Source: a virus
Length of the DNA: 64,000 bases
Virus record (IMG/VR): IMGVR_UViG_3300045988_016718
Direction: 5' to 3' (one strand)
This document shows, one piece after another, positions 5,273 to 13,392 of the stretch. Under the pieces are notes generated by a model. That model worked only from the letters and a program-made list of their open reading frames with translations. It was not told the origin of the DNA and did no database searches. Position 1 is the first letter of the stretch. Each line of letters starts with the position of its first letter. Made by a program: the position numbers and the translations under genes.

Positions 5273-5342
5273 TGTGGTGAGGGTCGGTACCCCAGTAGGT
5301 CTCATAAGCCCACTTTAGCAGGTTCAACTCCTGTCGCCGCAA
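5273..5342 (+). tRNA. tRNA-Met-type (anticodon CAT), compact D arm
   Basis: Acceptor TGTGGTG/CGCCGCA, anticodon loop CTCATAA on stem TAGGT/GCCCA, T arm GCAGG-TTCAACT-CCTGT. The D arm GGGT-CGGT-ACCC is unusually small. Met, fMet or Ile2 identity cannot be decided by eye. Confidence 0.6.
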
Positions 5343-5359
5343 CACTAAAAGAAAGAAAT

Positions 5360-5509
5360 ATGAAGGGAGAAAATAAAATGATGCTACTTATCACTGGTGT
5401 AACCATGAGAAGTGTAGTCAACCAAGCTAATGAACTTGGAGTTCAAAAGGAAGATATAGTACAATTGTTCCACATGGCAGGGCAAATATATCTGATTTAT
5501 TACAAATAA
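5360..5509 (+). CDS. Small hypothetical protein (49 aa; not in the ORF track)
   Basis: ATG at 5360 gives MKGENKMMLLITGVTMRSVVNQANELGVQKEDIVQLFHMAGQIYLIYYK, ending at TAA 5507-5509. It is co-oriented with all its neighbours, unlike the antisense 5384-5725 ORF. Confidence 0.3.
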   Translation: MKGENKMMLLITGVTMRSVVNQANELGVQKEDIVQLFHMAGQIYLIYYK

Positions 5510-5518
5510 TTTGGCAAT

Positions 5519-5776
5519 ATGGAAGAGAAAATTATTAGAGCAACAGTAAAGGCAGAGCCTAAATACAATGTGGGCAGAACAATTAACCTTGCATCCTATG
5601 AAGCTGTTAAAGTATTCAAGAGTGTAAGGAGAGCACAAAGTAGGGGTCATGTAACCCCTTGGGGAACAATAGCACCTAAGAGACCTTTCAATAATAGAAA
5701 GAGAACAGCAGGTAGAGAAGAACAACTTCTAAGAGAAAGAATTTATGGACAAGTTAGAGCAAGATACTCAGCATAA
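5519..5776 (+). CDS. Small basic hypothetical protein
   Basis: 85-aa ORF rich in Arg and Lys. Confidence 0.5.
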   Translation: MEEKIIRATVKAEPKYNVGRTINLASYEAVKVFKSVRRAQSRGHVTPWGTIAPKRPFNNRKRTAGREEQLLRERIYGQVRARYSA

Positions 5777-5954
5777 TGAGTATAATAATGAACCAGTAGT
5801 TTACTGTAAGAGATGCTTGTCACTTGCCATAAGGACAGAAGATGGTACTGAATATTGTGATAAGTGTGGTAGTACTGAAGTAGAGAGTGCCAATATCTTT
5901 GATTGGGAAAAGATGTATGGACAAAAGTATGGTGGTAATTATTTAAATAAATAA
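5745..5954 (+). CDS. Zinc-ribbon hypothetical protein
   Basis: The 69-aa ORF has CKRC-x15-CDKC. It overlaps the previous ORF by 32 nt. Confidence 0.5.
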   Translation: MDKLEQDTQHNEYNNEPVVYCKRCLSLAIRTEDGTEYCDKCGSTEVESANIFDWEKMYGQKYGGNYLNK

Positions 5955-5958
5955 GGCA

Positions 5959-6300
5959 ATGGAAAGAGAAATGAAGATTGATGCACAGGAAAGTGCATGT
6001 GAAGGTACTTGTGCTTGTGGTCAACAACCAACTAAAGCAAGCTATGAACAACTAGCTAATATAGCTAATCAGTTGTATGTACAGAACCAAGAGATGGGAA
6101 AGAAGTTGAATGAAATTGATATGGAGAACTTCTTCAAGAGACTTGATTGGTTATGGCAGATAATTAACTCAACTACTCCTTATATCACTGAACAATTCAA
6201 ACAGGAATGTGGTAAAGAGTTCATGGATATGATGGTTAAACCTGAAGATGAACCTAAAGAAGAACCTCAGCATGATATGCCAGCAGGTTCAGAAGAATAA
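5959..6300 (+). CDS. Hypothetical protein
   Basis: 113-aa ORF, tightly packed and co-oriented with its neighbours. Confidence 0.6.
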   Translation: MEREMKIDAQESACEGTCACGQQPTKASYEQLANIANQLYVQNQEMGKKLNEIDMENFFKRLDWLWQIINSTTPYITEQFKQECGKEFMDMMVKPEDEPKEEPQHDMPAGSEE

Positions 6301-6311
6301 GGAGACACATT

Positions 6312-6701
6312 ATGAGCAAGGCAAGAATAGCAGATTCTGTGGTTAGGATTCCTTGCGGTGAGGTTGACAAGTTTTTTAGAATGTGGTTCATGTTCCTGAA
6401 ACCTTTTCATCATCTGACTGACAGAGAAATGGAAGTGATAACTTGCTTTGTGAAACATAGGTATGAGCTTAGTAAAGTCATTGCAGATAGTGAGATACTT
6501 GATAAGGTTACAATGAGTGAAGATACAAAGAGCAAGATAAGAGAGGAGTGTGGAATGGCACTCCCTCATTTCCAGCTCATACTTAGTAAGTTAAGGAAGA
6601 ACAAGATTATCGTTGACAATAGAATCAACCCTAGGTATATACCCAACTTGGTTGAAGAGAATGGTTCTTTCAAATTGATGTTACTATTTGATTTTGTATG
6701 A
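6312..6701 (+). CDS. Hypothetical protein
   Basis: 129-aa ORF. Its stop overlaps the next start by 4 nt. Confidence 0.65.
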   Translation: MSKARIADSVVRIPCGEVDKFFRMWFMFLKPFHHLTDREMEVITCFVKHRYELSKVIADSEILDKVTMSEDTKSKIREECGMALPHFQLILSKLRKNKIIVDNRINPRYIPNLVEENGSFKLMLLFDFV

Positions 6702-6982
6702 TATACTCAGAAGCAATAAGACAGGTATCTATGGAGCTTGGAATACCACCTGAAGTGGTTAAACTAGCTTATGAATCATATTGGAAGTTCATAAGAGAAA
6801 CTATCTCATCCTTGCCTTTAATGGAAGACCTAACTGAAGAAGATTTCAGTGAACTTAGAACTAATTTCAATATCCCAAGTATTGGGAAACTAAACTGTAC
6901 ATACAGTAGGTGGAAAGGTGTTAAACAGAGGTATAAGCAATTAATGAAATTAAAGAATGATAACAAAGATAAAGAAGATTAA
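6698..6982 (+). CDS. Hypothetical protein
   Basis: 94-aa ORF. Confidence 0.6.
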   Translation: MIYSEAIRQVSMELGIPPEVVKLAYESYWKFIRETISSLPLMEDLTEEDFSELRTNFNIPSIGKLNCTYSRWKGVKQRYKQLMKLKNDNKDKED

Positions 6983-7376
6983 GCCCATGTTCAATGGGTT
7001 GATTACTACTATGGAGAAATATGGTCAAGAATACCTTAAAGGTACTACAATGATTGACCCAACTAAGACAGGAACAGTCAAGGAATATCAGAAAGTAGTA
7101 GCAGTTGGTCCTCATGTAAAGGGGATTGAAGTTGGTGATACAGTGTTCATTAATCCTAAGAGATATGCTGTAATGGAGCATAAGGAAGGTGGATTACAAG
7201 ATGGAGTAATCAAGGACAACCCTGTGGTTGGTTATAAGTTTGAAATAGTGGAAATTGATGATGTTCCTCATATGTACATCTTTGATAATGATGTCAAGTA
7301 TGTAGCAGAAGTTGAGGAATTTGATGAGAATCCCACTCTGGTTATGCCAGACAAACCAAAGATAGAGTTAAACTAA
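6957..7376 (+). CDS. GroES/gp31-like co-chaperonin candidate
   Basis: The 139-aa ORF has N-terminal KIKPMFNGLITT (compare GroES IRPLHDRVIVK). It also has VVAVGPHVKGIEVGDTVFINPKRY (compare GroES VLAVG..VKVGD.V.F..Y). Confidence 0.5.
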   Translation: MITKIKKIKPMFNGLITTMEKYGQEYLKGTTMIDPTKTGTVKEYQKVVAVGPHVKGIEVGDTVFINPKRYAVMEHKEGGLQDGVIKDNPVVGYKFEIVEIDDVPHMYIFDNDVKYVAEVEEFDENPTLVMPDKPKIELN

Positions 7377-7381
7377 AATAG

Positions 7382-7416
7382 ACCCTGCCTGCATTAAGCA
7401 GGTGGGGTTTTCTTTT
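7382..7416 (+). terminator. Intrinsic terminator
   Basis: Hairpin ACCCTGCCTGC-ATTAA-GCAGGTGGGGT followed by TTTTCTTTT. Confidence 0.7.
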
Positions 7417-7426
7417 ATACATAGTT

Positions 7427-7984
7427 ATGAAACTTATAAGATATGAGAATTACCAGATAGTAATAGCAGATGAACTATTACTTATAAGACCAGCAAGGCA
7501 GCTTCTTAATGCTGATAGAACAGCTACTAAGGAGAACTTCCTTAGACAGATAAGCTATATGTACTTCATGTATGACCCTGAAAGTACTTATGGTTACCTG
7601 ACTGATGAGGCTGAAAGGGCTAAAGCTGTCATAGAACAAGAGGGTTTAGGCAAGGATTTTAAGCCTGATAAGAAACTTGAAGAATTAATAGAGATATACA
7701 AGAGACATGTAATAACTACATCATATCTTCTATTGCAGGATAATAGAGTTGCTATTGATAAGATTAGGGAGTTTCTTAGGAATGTAGACCTTACACAAGT
7801 CGATGATAAAGGCAAACCAGTGTATCCTATTAATCAGGTAACTGCCACTATTAAAATGGTACCAGAGTTAGCTGCTGCTAATAGGAAAGCAGAGAAAGAC
7901 CTTGCTAAGGAAATGGAAGAAAACTCCAGAGCTAGAGGTATACAGGAGAAGAAGTTATTTGAAGATGGATTAGATATAAATTAA
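7427..7984 (+). CDS. Hypothetical protein upstream of terminase
   Basis: 185-aa ORF. Its position is compatible with a small terminase subunit, but no motif was recognised. Confidence 0.7.
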   Translation: MKLIRYENYQIVIADELLLIRPARQLLNADRTATKENFLRQISYMYFMYDPESTYGYLTDEAERAKAVIEQEGLGKDFKPDKKLEELIEIYKRHVITTSYLLLQDNRVAIDKIREFLRNVDLTQVDDKGKPVYPINQVTATIKMVPELAAANRKAEKDLAKEMEENSRARGIQEKKLFEDGLDIN

Positions 7985-7985
7985 T

Positions 7986-8303
7986 ATGGAAGCAGTAGAT
8001 ATAGTAGAAGCATTGAATCAGTTTCATGAGAAACTAGCAGGTGAAATAGGTGGGCAGTTTGTGTTACAAAAGAGCCTGTTACCTGATGAATCATTTAAGG
8101 CTTATAAGAAACTAAGTCTTGTTGTATGGTATGTGAAAGGCTCATCTAAGGTTAAAGCACTTCAGGTCAACATAGTATCTAGGATGACAAGTGACAAGGA
8201 GATTGCAATTACTAACAAAGAAGCCTGTACAGAATTAGCTAAGGTGATGCTTGACTTTGTAGCAGGTAATGATTATGTAAGTTTGGTTTATGGAGCTAAA
8301 TAA
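7986..8303 (+). CDS. Hypothetical protein
   Basis: 105-aa ORF that overlaps the terL start by 14 nt. Confidence 0.65.
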   Translation: MEAVDIVEALNQFHEKLAGEIGGQFVLQKSLLPDESFKAYKKLSLVVWYVKGSSKVKALQVNIVSRMTSDKEIAITNKEACTELAKVMLDFVAGNDYVSLVYGAK

Positions 8304-10557
8304 ATACCAGTCCACTTTTGAGGATTTACAACTGGATAGTTATCCTCAAGAGGTACAGGATGAATTTATGGATGCTATTAATTCAGTGCCTTTAATCCAG
8401 CACCTTATTAGCCCTAACAGACCCTTAGCTAAGGACTGTCCAAGAGATGAAAAAGGTAGGATTATAGTAGATTTAACAAATCCACCTATAATCGAGGACA
8501 CTGATTACTTTAGACCAGTTGCTTTGTTCTACAAGAAACATGGCAAAATGACTAACTTGAGACCTAATGCCAATCCAAATAGTGAGTTTGGTAAATGGAT
8601 TAGAGAAGAAGTCAGAAGAATATGGTATGGTTATGTCAGGGAATCTGATGGAGCATGGGTAACTGGTGACATGTATTTCTATCTGAATTATTGTCCTATC
8701 ATTCAATCAAAGATTAGAAAGGGTACTAAGATTGCAGATAGAATTGTAGATACACCAGAGTTCTGGGAAGGAATATGGTGGAGGTCTAATTACATAGACC
8801 AAGCAAGAAAGCTAGGACATCACTGTGCTGAAATTGCAAAGAGAGGTGCCTCAAAGTCATACTTTGTAGCATCAATTCTTGCTAAGTTATTCATACTTGG
8901 AGAGAATGCAGATACCAGCAAGTCAGTAAGGGCAATGGTTACTGCATACCAAAAGGAATATCTTACAAAGGATGGCACTCTGAATAAGTTTGTAGAAATG
9001 ATTGACTACATAGCACAGAACACAGAGTTTCCTTCAAAGAGACTTAGGTCTTCATTACAGGATATGCAATGGAAAATGGGTTATGTAGACCTTGATACTG
9101 GCACACAGAAAGGCACACTTAATGAGATTATAGGTGTTTCATCTAAGGATGACCCTGATAAGTTAAGGGGTAAGAGGTCCTCAAGAATAATAATTGAAGA
9201 GTTTGGTAACTTCCCCAAGGTGACAGATACATATAGGGTTATTCTTCCTTCAGTACAGGAAGGTAACATTGTCTTTGGTCAGATGATTCTTATTGGTACA
9301 GGTGGTTCTGAAGGTGCAGACTTTGCTGGTGCTAATGAGATTATCTACAATCCTTTAGGTTTTAATATATATGCTATACCTAATGTGTATGACAAGTCAG
9401 CACAAGGTAAGAATAATACCATATTCTTCTTTGGTGCTTATGTAAATAGGAAAGGATGTTATAATCAAGATGGTATATCTGATGTAACTAAGGCACTACT
9501 TGAACTGTGTTATGATAGGTATCTTGTCAAGTATAACACCACAGATTCAATGGCTTTAACAAGAACTAAAGCAGAGAATCCTATCACACTACAAGAAGCT
9601 ATCATGAGAAGGGATAGTACCTTATTCCCAGTAGCTACTATCATGGATAGAATACATCAGATAGATGGTAATCCTAATGAGTATGATGATGTATATGTTG
9701 GTGAACTTGAACTAAAGAAAGATGGTAAAGTAGAATTTAAGCCTACCAGTGCACAGCCCATAAGACATTTCCCACACAAAGATAATAAACTTGAAGGAGC
9801 TGTTGAAATATTCAAGATGCCTGAACTTGATAGGGATGGTAAACCATTCAATGGTAGATATATTGCATCTCAAGACCCTTATGATGATGATAGTGCAGAG
9901 ACAATGTCTTTAGGCTCTACTTTCATACTTGACTTATGGACTGACAAGATTGTTGCAGAATATACAGGTAGACCAATGTTTGCTGATGATTACTATGAGA
10001 CATCAAGAAGATTGTGTTTATTCTATGGTGCAAGAATGAATTATGAGAACAATAAGAAGGGTCTGTTTGGCTACTTCTCAAAGATGAATTGCCTGTATCT
10101 TCTTACAGATGTATTGGAGTTCCTTAAGGATAAAGATATGGTTAAAGGGCAATTATATGGCAATAAGGCTAAGGGTACTAATGCTACTACTCCTATTAAT
10201 GCTTATGCAAGAACTCTTATAAGAAACTGGCTGCTTAAACCAGTAGTAACTGTACAGGTTGTTGATGGGGAAGAACAAGAAGTAACAGTACCTAATCTGA
10301 TGTTTATCAAGTCTAAGGCTCTACTTCAAGAGCTTGCACAATGGAATCCTGATGGTAACTTTGACAGGATATCATCACTTGGTATGTTGATGCTCTTAAG
10401 AGAGGATAAGATGATTACTTTAGGTGGTGATGTCTCAAAGGCTATCAATCATAATAGAGATAGTGACCTTAGTAATGATAACTTCTTCAAGAAGAACTAT
10501 GATTCAAGGTTCAAAAAACCAGTAAATTTAGTAAAGAATGTGGCACCAGAAGAGTAA
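8290..10557 (+). CDS. terL: Terminase large subunit
   Basis: The 755-aa ORF has a Walker A-like AKRGASKS, a Walker B-like SRIIIEEFG, and a C-terminal acidic nuclease-type segment IASQDPYDDD. It lies immediately upstream of the portal-sized gene. Confidence 0.85.
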   Translation: MELNKYQSTFEDLQLDSYPQEVQDEFMDAINSVPLIQHLISPNRPLAKDCPRDEKGRIIVDLTNPPIIEDTDYFRPVALFYKKHGKMTNLRPNANPNSEFGKWIREEVRRIWYGYVRESDGAWVTGDMYFYLNYCPIIQSKIRKGTKIADRIVDTPEFWEGIWWRSNYIDQARKLGHHCAEIAKRGASKSYFVASILAKLFILGENADTSKSVRAMVTAYQKEYLTKDGTLNKFVEMIDYIAQNTEFPSKRLRSSLQDMQWKMGYVDLDTGTQKGTLNEIIGVSSKDDPDKLRGKRSSRIIIEEFGNFPKVTDTYRVILPSVQEGNIVFGQMILIGTGGSEGADFAGANEIIYNPLGFNIYAIPNVYDKSAQGKNNTIFFFGAYVNRKGCYNQDGISDVTKALLELCYDRYLVKYNTTDSMALTRTKAENPITLQEAIMRRDSTLFPVATIMDRIHQIDGNPNEYDDVYVGELELKKDGKVEFKPTSAQPIRHFPHKDNKLEGAVEIFKMPELDRDGKPFNGRYIASQDPYDDDSAETMSLGSTFILDLWTDKIVAEYTGRPMFADDYYETSRRLCLFYGARMNYENNKKGLFGYFSKMNCLYLLTDVLEFLKDKDMVKGQLYGNKAKGTNATTPINAYARTLIRNWLLKPVVTVQVVDGEEQEVTVPNLMFIKSKALLQELAQWNPDGNFDRISSLGMLMLLREDKMITLGGDVSKAINHNRDSDLSNDNFFKKNYDSRFKKPVNLVKNVAPEE

Positions 10558-10569
10558 TTCACTTAATCT

Positions 10570-10601
10570 ATTGGTTTATTACTGTTCTTTGATTACTTTT
10601 G
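10570..10601 (+). promoter_or_regulatory. Bacteroides-type promoter ahead of the portal gene
   Basis: ATTG at 10570-10573, a 20-nt spacer and TACTTTTG at 10594-10601. Confidence 0.5.
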
Positions 10602-10625
10602 TATCAAATTTAAACATGGAAGACT

Positions 10626-13061
10626 ATGGCAGATAATATAAACTTTCCCAGACAGATGCTTCCTTTCTCTAAGAAAAACAAGCAATGGAGAAAGGAATGT
10701 CTTCTGTGGGCAAATCAAAAGACATTCTTCAATTACAGCTTGGTAAGAAAGTCAGTTATCCACAAGAAGATTAACTATGACTTGCTTAATGGCAAGCTAC
10801 ATATGAAGGATTTGGAAATGGTGATTAACCCTGACCACATTGAGGCAGGATATATACCAGACAGATTGCAGCATTATCCTATAATGAATGCAAAACTTAA
10901 TGTGCTTAGAGGTGAAGAAAGCAAGAGAGTGTTTGACTTTAAGGTAGTGGTGACTAATCCTAATGCTATTTCAGAGATTGAGAACAATAAGAAGGAGGCA
11001 TTACTTCAATCACTTCAGGAACTTATACAGGATAACTCAATATCTGAAGATGAGTTTAACCAAAAGCTTGAGAAACTGAATGACTATTATACATATGAAT
11101 GGCAAGACCTTAAGGAAGTAAGGGCTAATCAATTGCTTAATCATTATATTAAGGAACTGAATATACCTTTAATCTTTAACCAAGGATTCATGGATGCCAT
11201 GATATGTGGTGAAGAAATTTATCAATGTGATATAGTAGGTGGTGAACCTGTTATTGAGAGGATAAATCCATTAAAGATTAGGGTATTCAAGTCAGGTTAT
11301 AGCAATAAGATTGAAGATGCAGACATAATTATCCTTGAGGATTATTGGTCTCCGGGCAGAGTAATTGATACATACTATGATGTTCTTACTAAGAGAGACA
11401 TAGAATATATAGAGGAAATGCCTGACCATGTAGGTCAAGCTGCTACAGATAGTATGGACAACATAGATGAAAGGTATGGATTTGTCAACACTGATATGCT
11501 TACTGATGAAGTAACTGTAGGTGCTGGTAATTACTACTTTGACCCTGCTAACCTGTTTGGTGAATCCATATCAAATTCTCTTATGCCTTATGACTTGGCA
11601 GGTAACCTTAGAGTACTAAGAATGTACTGGAAGTCTAAGAGAGCAATCCTTAAGGTTAAGTCTTATGACCCAGAGACAGGTGAAGAGGTATATAACTTCT
11701 ATCCTGAAAACTATGTAGTTGATAAGGATAATGGTGAAGAATCACAGAGGTTCTGGATAAATGAAGCATGGGAAGGCACTATGATTGGTGACCAACATGA
11801 TGGTATATTTGTCAATATGAGACCTAGATTGATTCAATATAACAGACTAAGTAATCCTTCAAGATGCCACTTTGGTATTGTAGGTTCAGTATATAACCTT
11901 AATGATAGTAGACCTTTCTCATTAGTTGATATGATGAAGCCATATAATTACTTATATGATGCTATTCATGACAGGTTGAATAAGGCTATTGCTGCTAACT
12001 GGGGTAGCATCCTTGAACTTGACCTCGCTAAGGTTCCAAGAGACTGGGATGTTGAGAAATGGATATACTTTGCAAAGACTAATCATATTGCTGTAACAGA
12101 CTCCTTCAAGGAAGGTACTATTGGTGCTTCAACAGGTAAACTTGCAGGTGGTATGAATAATGCTTCAAAGGGAATTATTGAAACCAATATGGGTAACTAC
12201 ATACAGCAACAGATTAACTTGCTTGAGTTCATCAAGATGGAAATGAGTGAAGTTGCTGGTATTAGTCCTCAAAGAGAGGGTCAGATTAGTAATAGGGAAA
12301 CTGTAGGTGGTGTAGAAAGAGCTACCTTACAATCAAGTCATATCACTGAATGGTTATTCACTATACATGATGATGTCAAGAAGAGAGCACTTGAGTGTTT
12401 CCTTGAGACAGCCAAGATTGCTCTTAGAGGTAGAAGCATGAAGTTCCAGTACATCTTGTCAGATACATCAATGAGAGTAATGGAAATTGAAGGTGATGAA
12501 TTTGCAGAAGCAGACTATGGACTGGTTGTTGATAACAGTAATGGTACTCAAGAACTTCAATCCAAACTTGATACTCTTGCACAGGCAGCACTTCAAACAC
12601 AGACTCTTTCATTCTCCACTATTACCAAACTATATACTTCAAGCAGCTTAGCTGAAAAGCAAAGATTGATTGAGAAGGACGAAAAGGAAATAAGAGAAAG
12701 GCAAGCTCAAGCACAGCAGCAGGAACTTGAAGCTCAACAGCAAGCAGCTCAAATGCAACTGGAACAAAAACAAGCTGAACTTCAAATGAAGGATGCACAG
12801 AATGTAAGGGATAATGAGACTAAGATTCAAGTTGCTCTTATAGGTGCACAAGCTAAGGCTACTGATATTGGAGAAGATGGTATTGCACCAGATGGATTCA
12901 CTGAAGAAGCAAGAGCTAACCTTGAAGAGAAGATAAGGCAGTTTGATGAAAAGATGAAGCTTGAAAGAGATAAATTGAAGCATCAGAAGTCTAAGGATGA
13001 AGAGGATGCAGATATTAAGAGAGCAGCACTTAGGAAAAGAACTAATACAACAAGTAAATAA
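10626..13061 (+). CDS. Portal protein
   Basis: The 811-aa ORF lies directly after terL and has a Gln/Glu/Lys-rich coiled-coil C-terminus. Size and synteny are as in crAss-like phages. Confidence 0.75.
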   Translation: MADNINFPRQMLPFSKKNKQWRKECLLWANQKTFFNYSLVRKSVIHKKINYDLLNGKLHMKDLEMVINPDHIEAGYIPDRLQHYPIMNAKLNVLRGEESKRVFDFKVVVTNPNAISEIENNKKEALLQSLQELIQDNSISEDEFNQKLEKLNDYYTYEWQDLKEVRANQLLNHYIKELNIPLIFNQGFMDAMICGEEIYQCDIVGGEPVIERINPLKIRVFKSGYSNKIEDADIIILEDYWSPGRVIDTYYDVLTKRDIEYIEEMPDHVGQAATDSMDNIDERYGFVNTDMLTDEVTVGAGNYYFDPANLFGESISNSLMPYDLAGNLRVLRMYWKSKRAILKVKSYDPETGEEVYNFYPENYVVDKDNGEESQRFWINEAWEGTMIGDQHDGIFVNMRPRLIQYNRLSNPSRCHFGIVGSVYNLNDSRPFSLVDMMKPYNYLYDAIHDRLNKAIAANWGSILELDLAKVPRDWDVEKWIYFAKTNHIAVTDSFKEGTIGASTGKLAGGMNNASKGIIETNMGNYIQQQINLLEFIKMEMSEVAGISPQREGQISNRETVGGVERATLQSSHITEWLFTIHDDVKKRALECFLETAKIALRGRSMKFQYILSDTSMRVMEIEGDEFAEADYGLVVDNSNGTQELQSKLDTLAQAALQTQTLSFSTITKLYTSSSLAEKQRLIEKDEKEIRERQAQAQQQELEAQQQAAQMQLEQKQAELQMKDAQNVRDNETKIQVALIGAQAKATDIGEDGIAPDGFTEEARANLEEKIRQFDEKMKLERDKLKHQKSKDEEDADIKRAALRKRTNTTSK

Positions 13062-13063
13062 TT

Positions 13064-13387
13064 ATGAGACACTTTAATTCAATTATAGAACAACCTACTC
13101 CTCCAGCAACCAATGCAATTTGGTTGCATGGGAGTACAGCCAAGTACTTCACTAATGGTAAATGGATTACTATTGGTGAAGCAGGAGATGTAAGCTGGAA
13201 TGATATTACAGACAAACCAGCAGAATTTTACACATTGCCTACTGCTACAACTACTACTTTAGGTGGTGTAAAGAGAGCAAGTGGAGTAGCTGCACTTGCA
13301 GCTGATGCTGAATTAGCTACTGTGGTAAATACTATCAATGACCTACTAAGTAAGTTGAAGACAGCAGGTATAATGGTTAATAACTAA
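13064..13387 (+). CDS. Short fibre-like protein sharing its N-terminal module with the next gene
   Basis: The 107-aa ORF begins MRHFNSIIEQPTPPATNAIWLHGSTAKYFTNGKWITIGE, which aligns with MRRFNTIIESANPPGINQLWIDKKKLRYFTEGKWHLLGD of 13393. It also has the tail-fibre-type motif WNDITDKP. Confidence 0.7.
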   Translation: MRHFNSIIEQPTPPATNAIWLHGSTAKYFTNGKWITIGEAGDVSWNDITDKPAEFYTLPTATTTTLGGVKRASGVAALAADAELATVVNTINDLLSKLKTAGIMVNN

Positions 13388-13392
13388 ACAAC

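Noticed and set aside
1006-5342. Stop-codon reassignment with suppressor tRNAs, as reported for some crAss-like lineages.
   Set aside because: None of the 25 anticodons is CTA, TCA or TTA. All large late genes (up to 2010 codons) are uninterrupted under the standard code.
5384-5725. A 113-aa minus-strand ORF between the tRNA array and the small-gene block.
   Set aside because: It overlaps two co-oriented + strand ORFs (5360-5509 and 5519-5776) and has Cys/Leu/Phe-rich low-complexity composition. All flanking genes are on the + strand.
12660-12800. An apparent DNA repeat (caag/cagc periodicity) near the end of the portal gene.
   Set aside because: It simply encodes a Gln/Ala/Glu-rich coiled-coil tail (QAQAQQQELEAQQQAAQMQLEQKQAELQ). 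It is not an independent repeat element.
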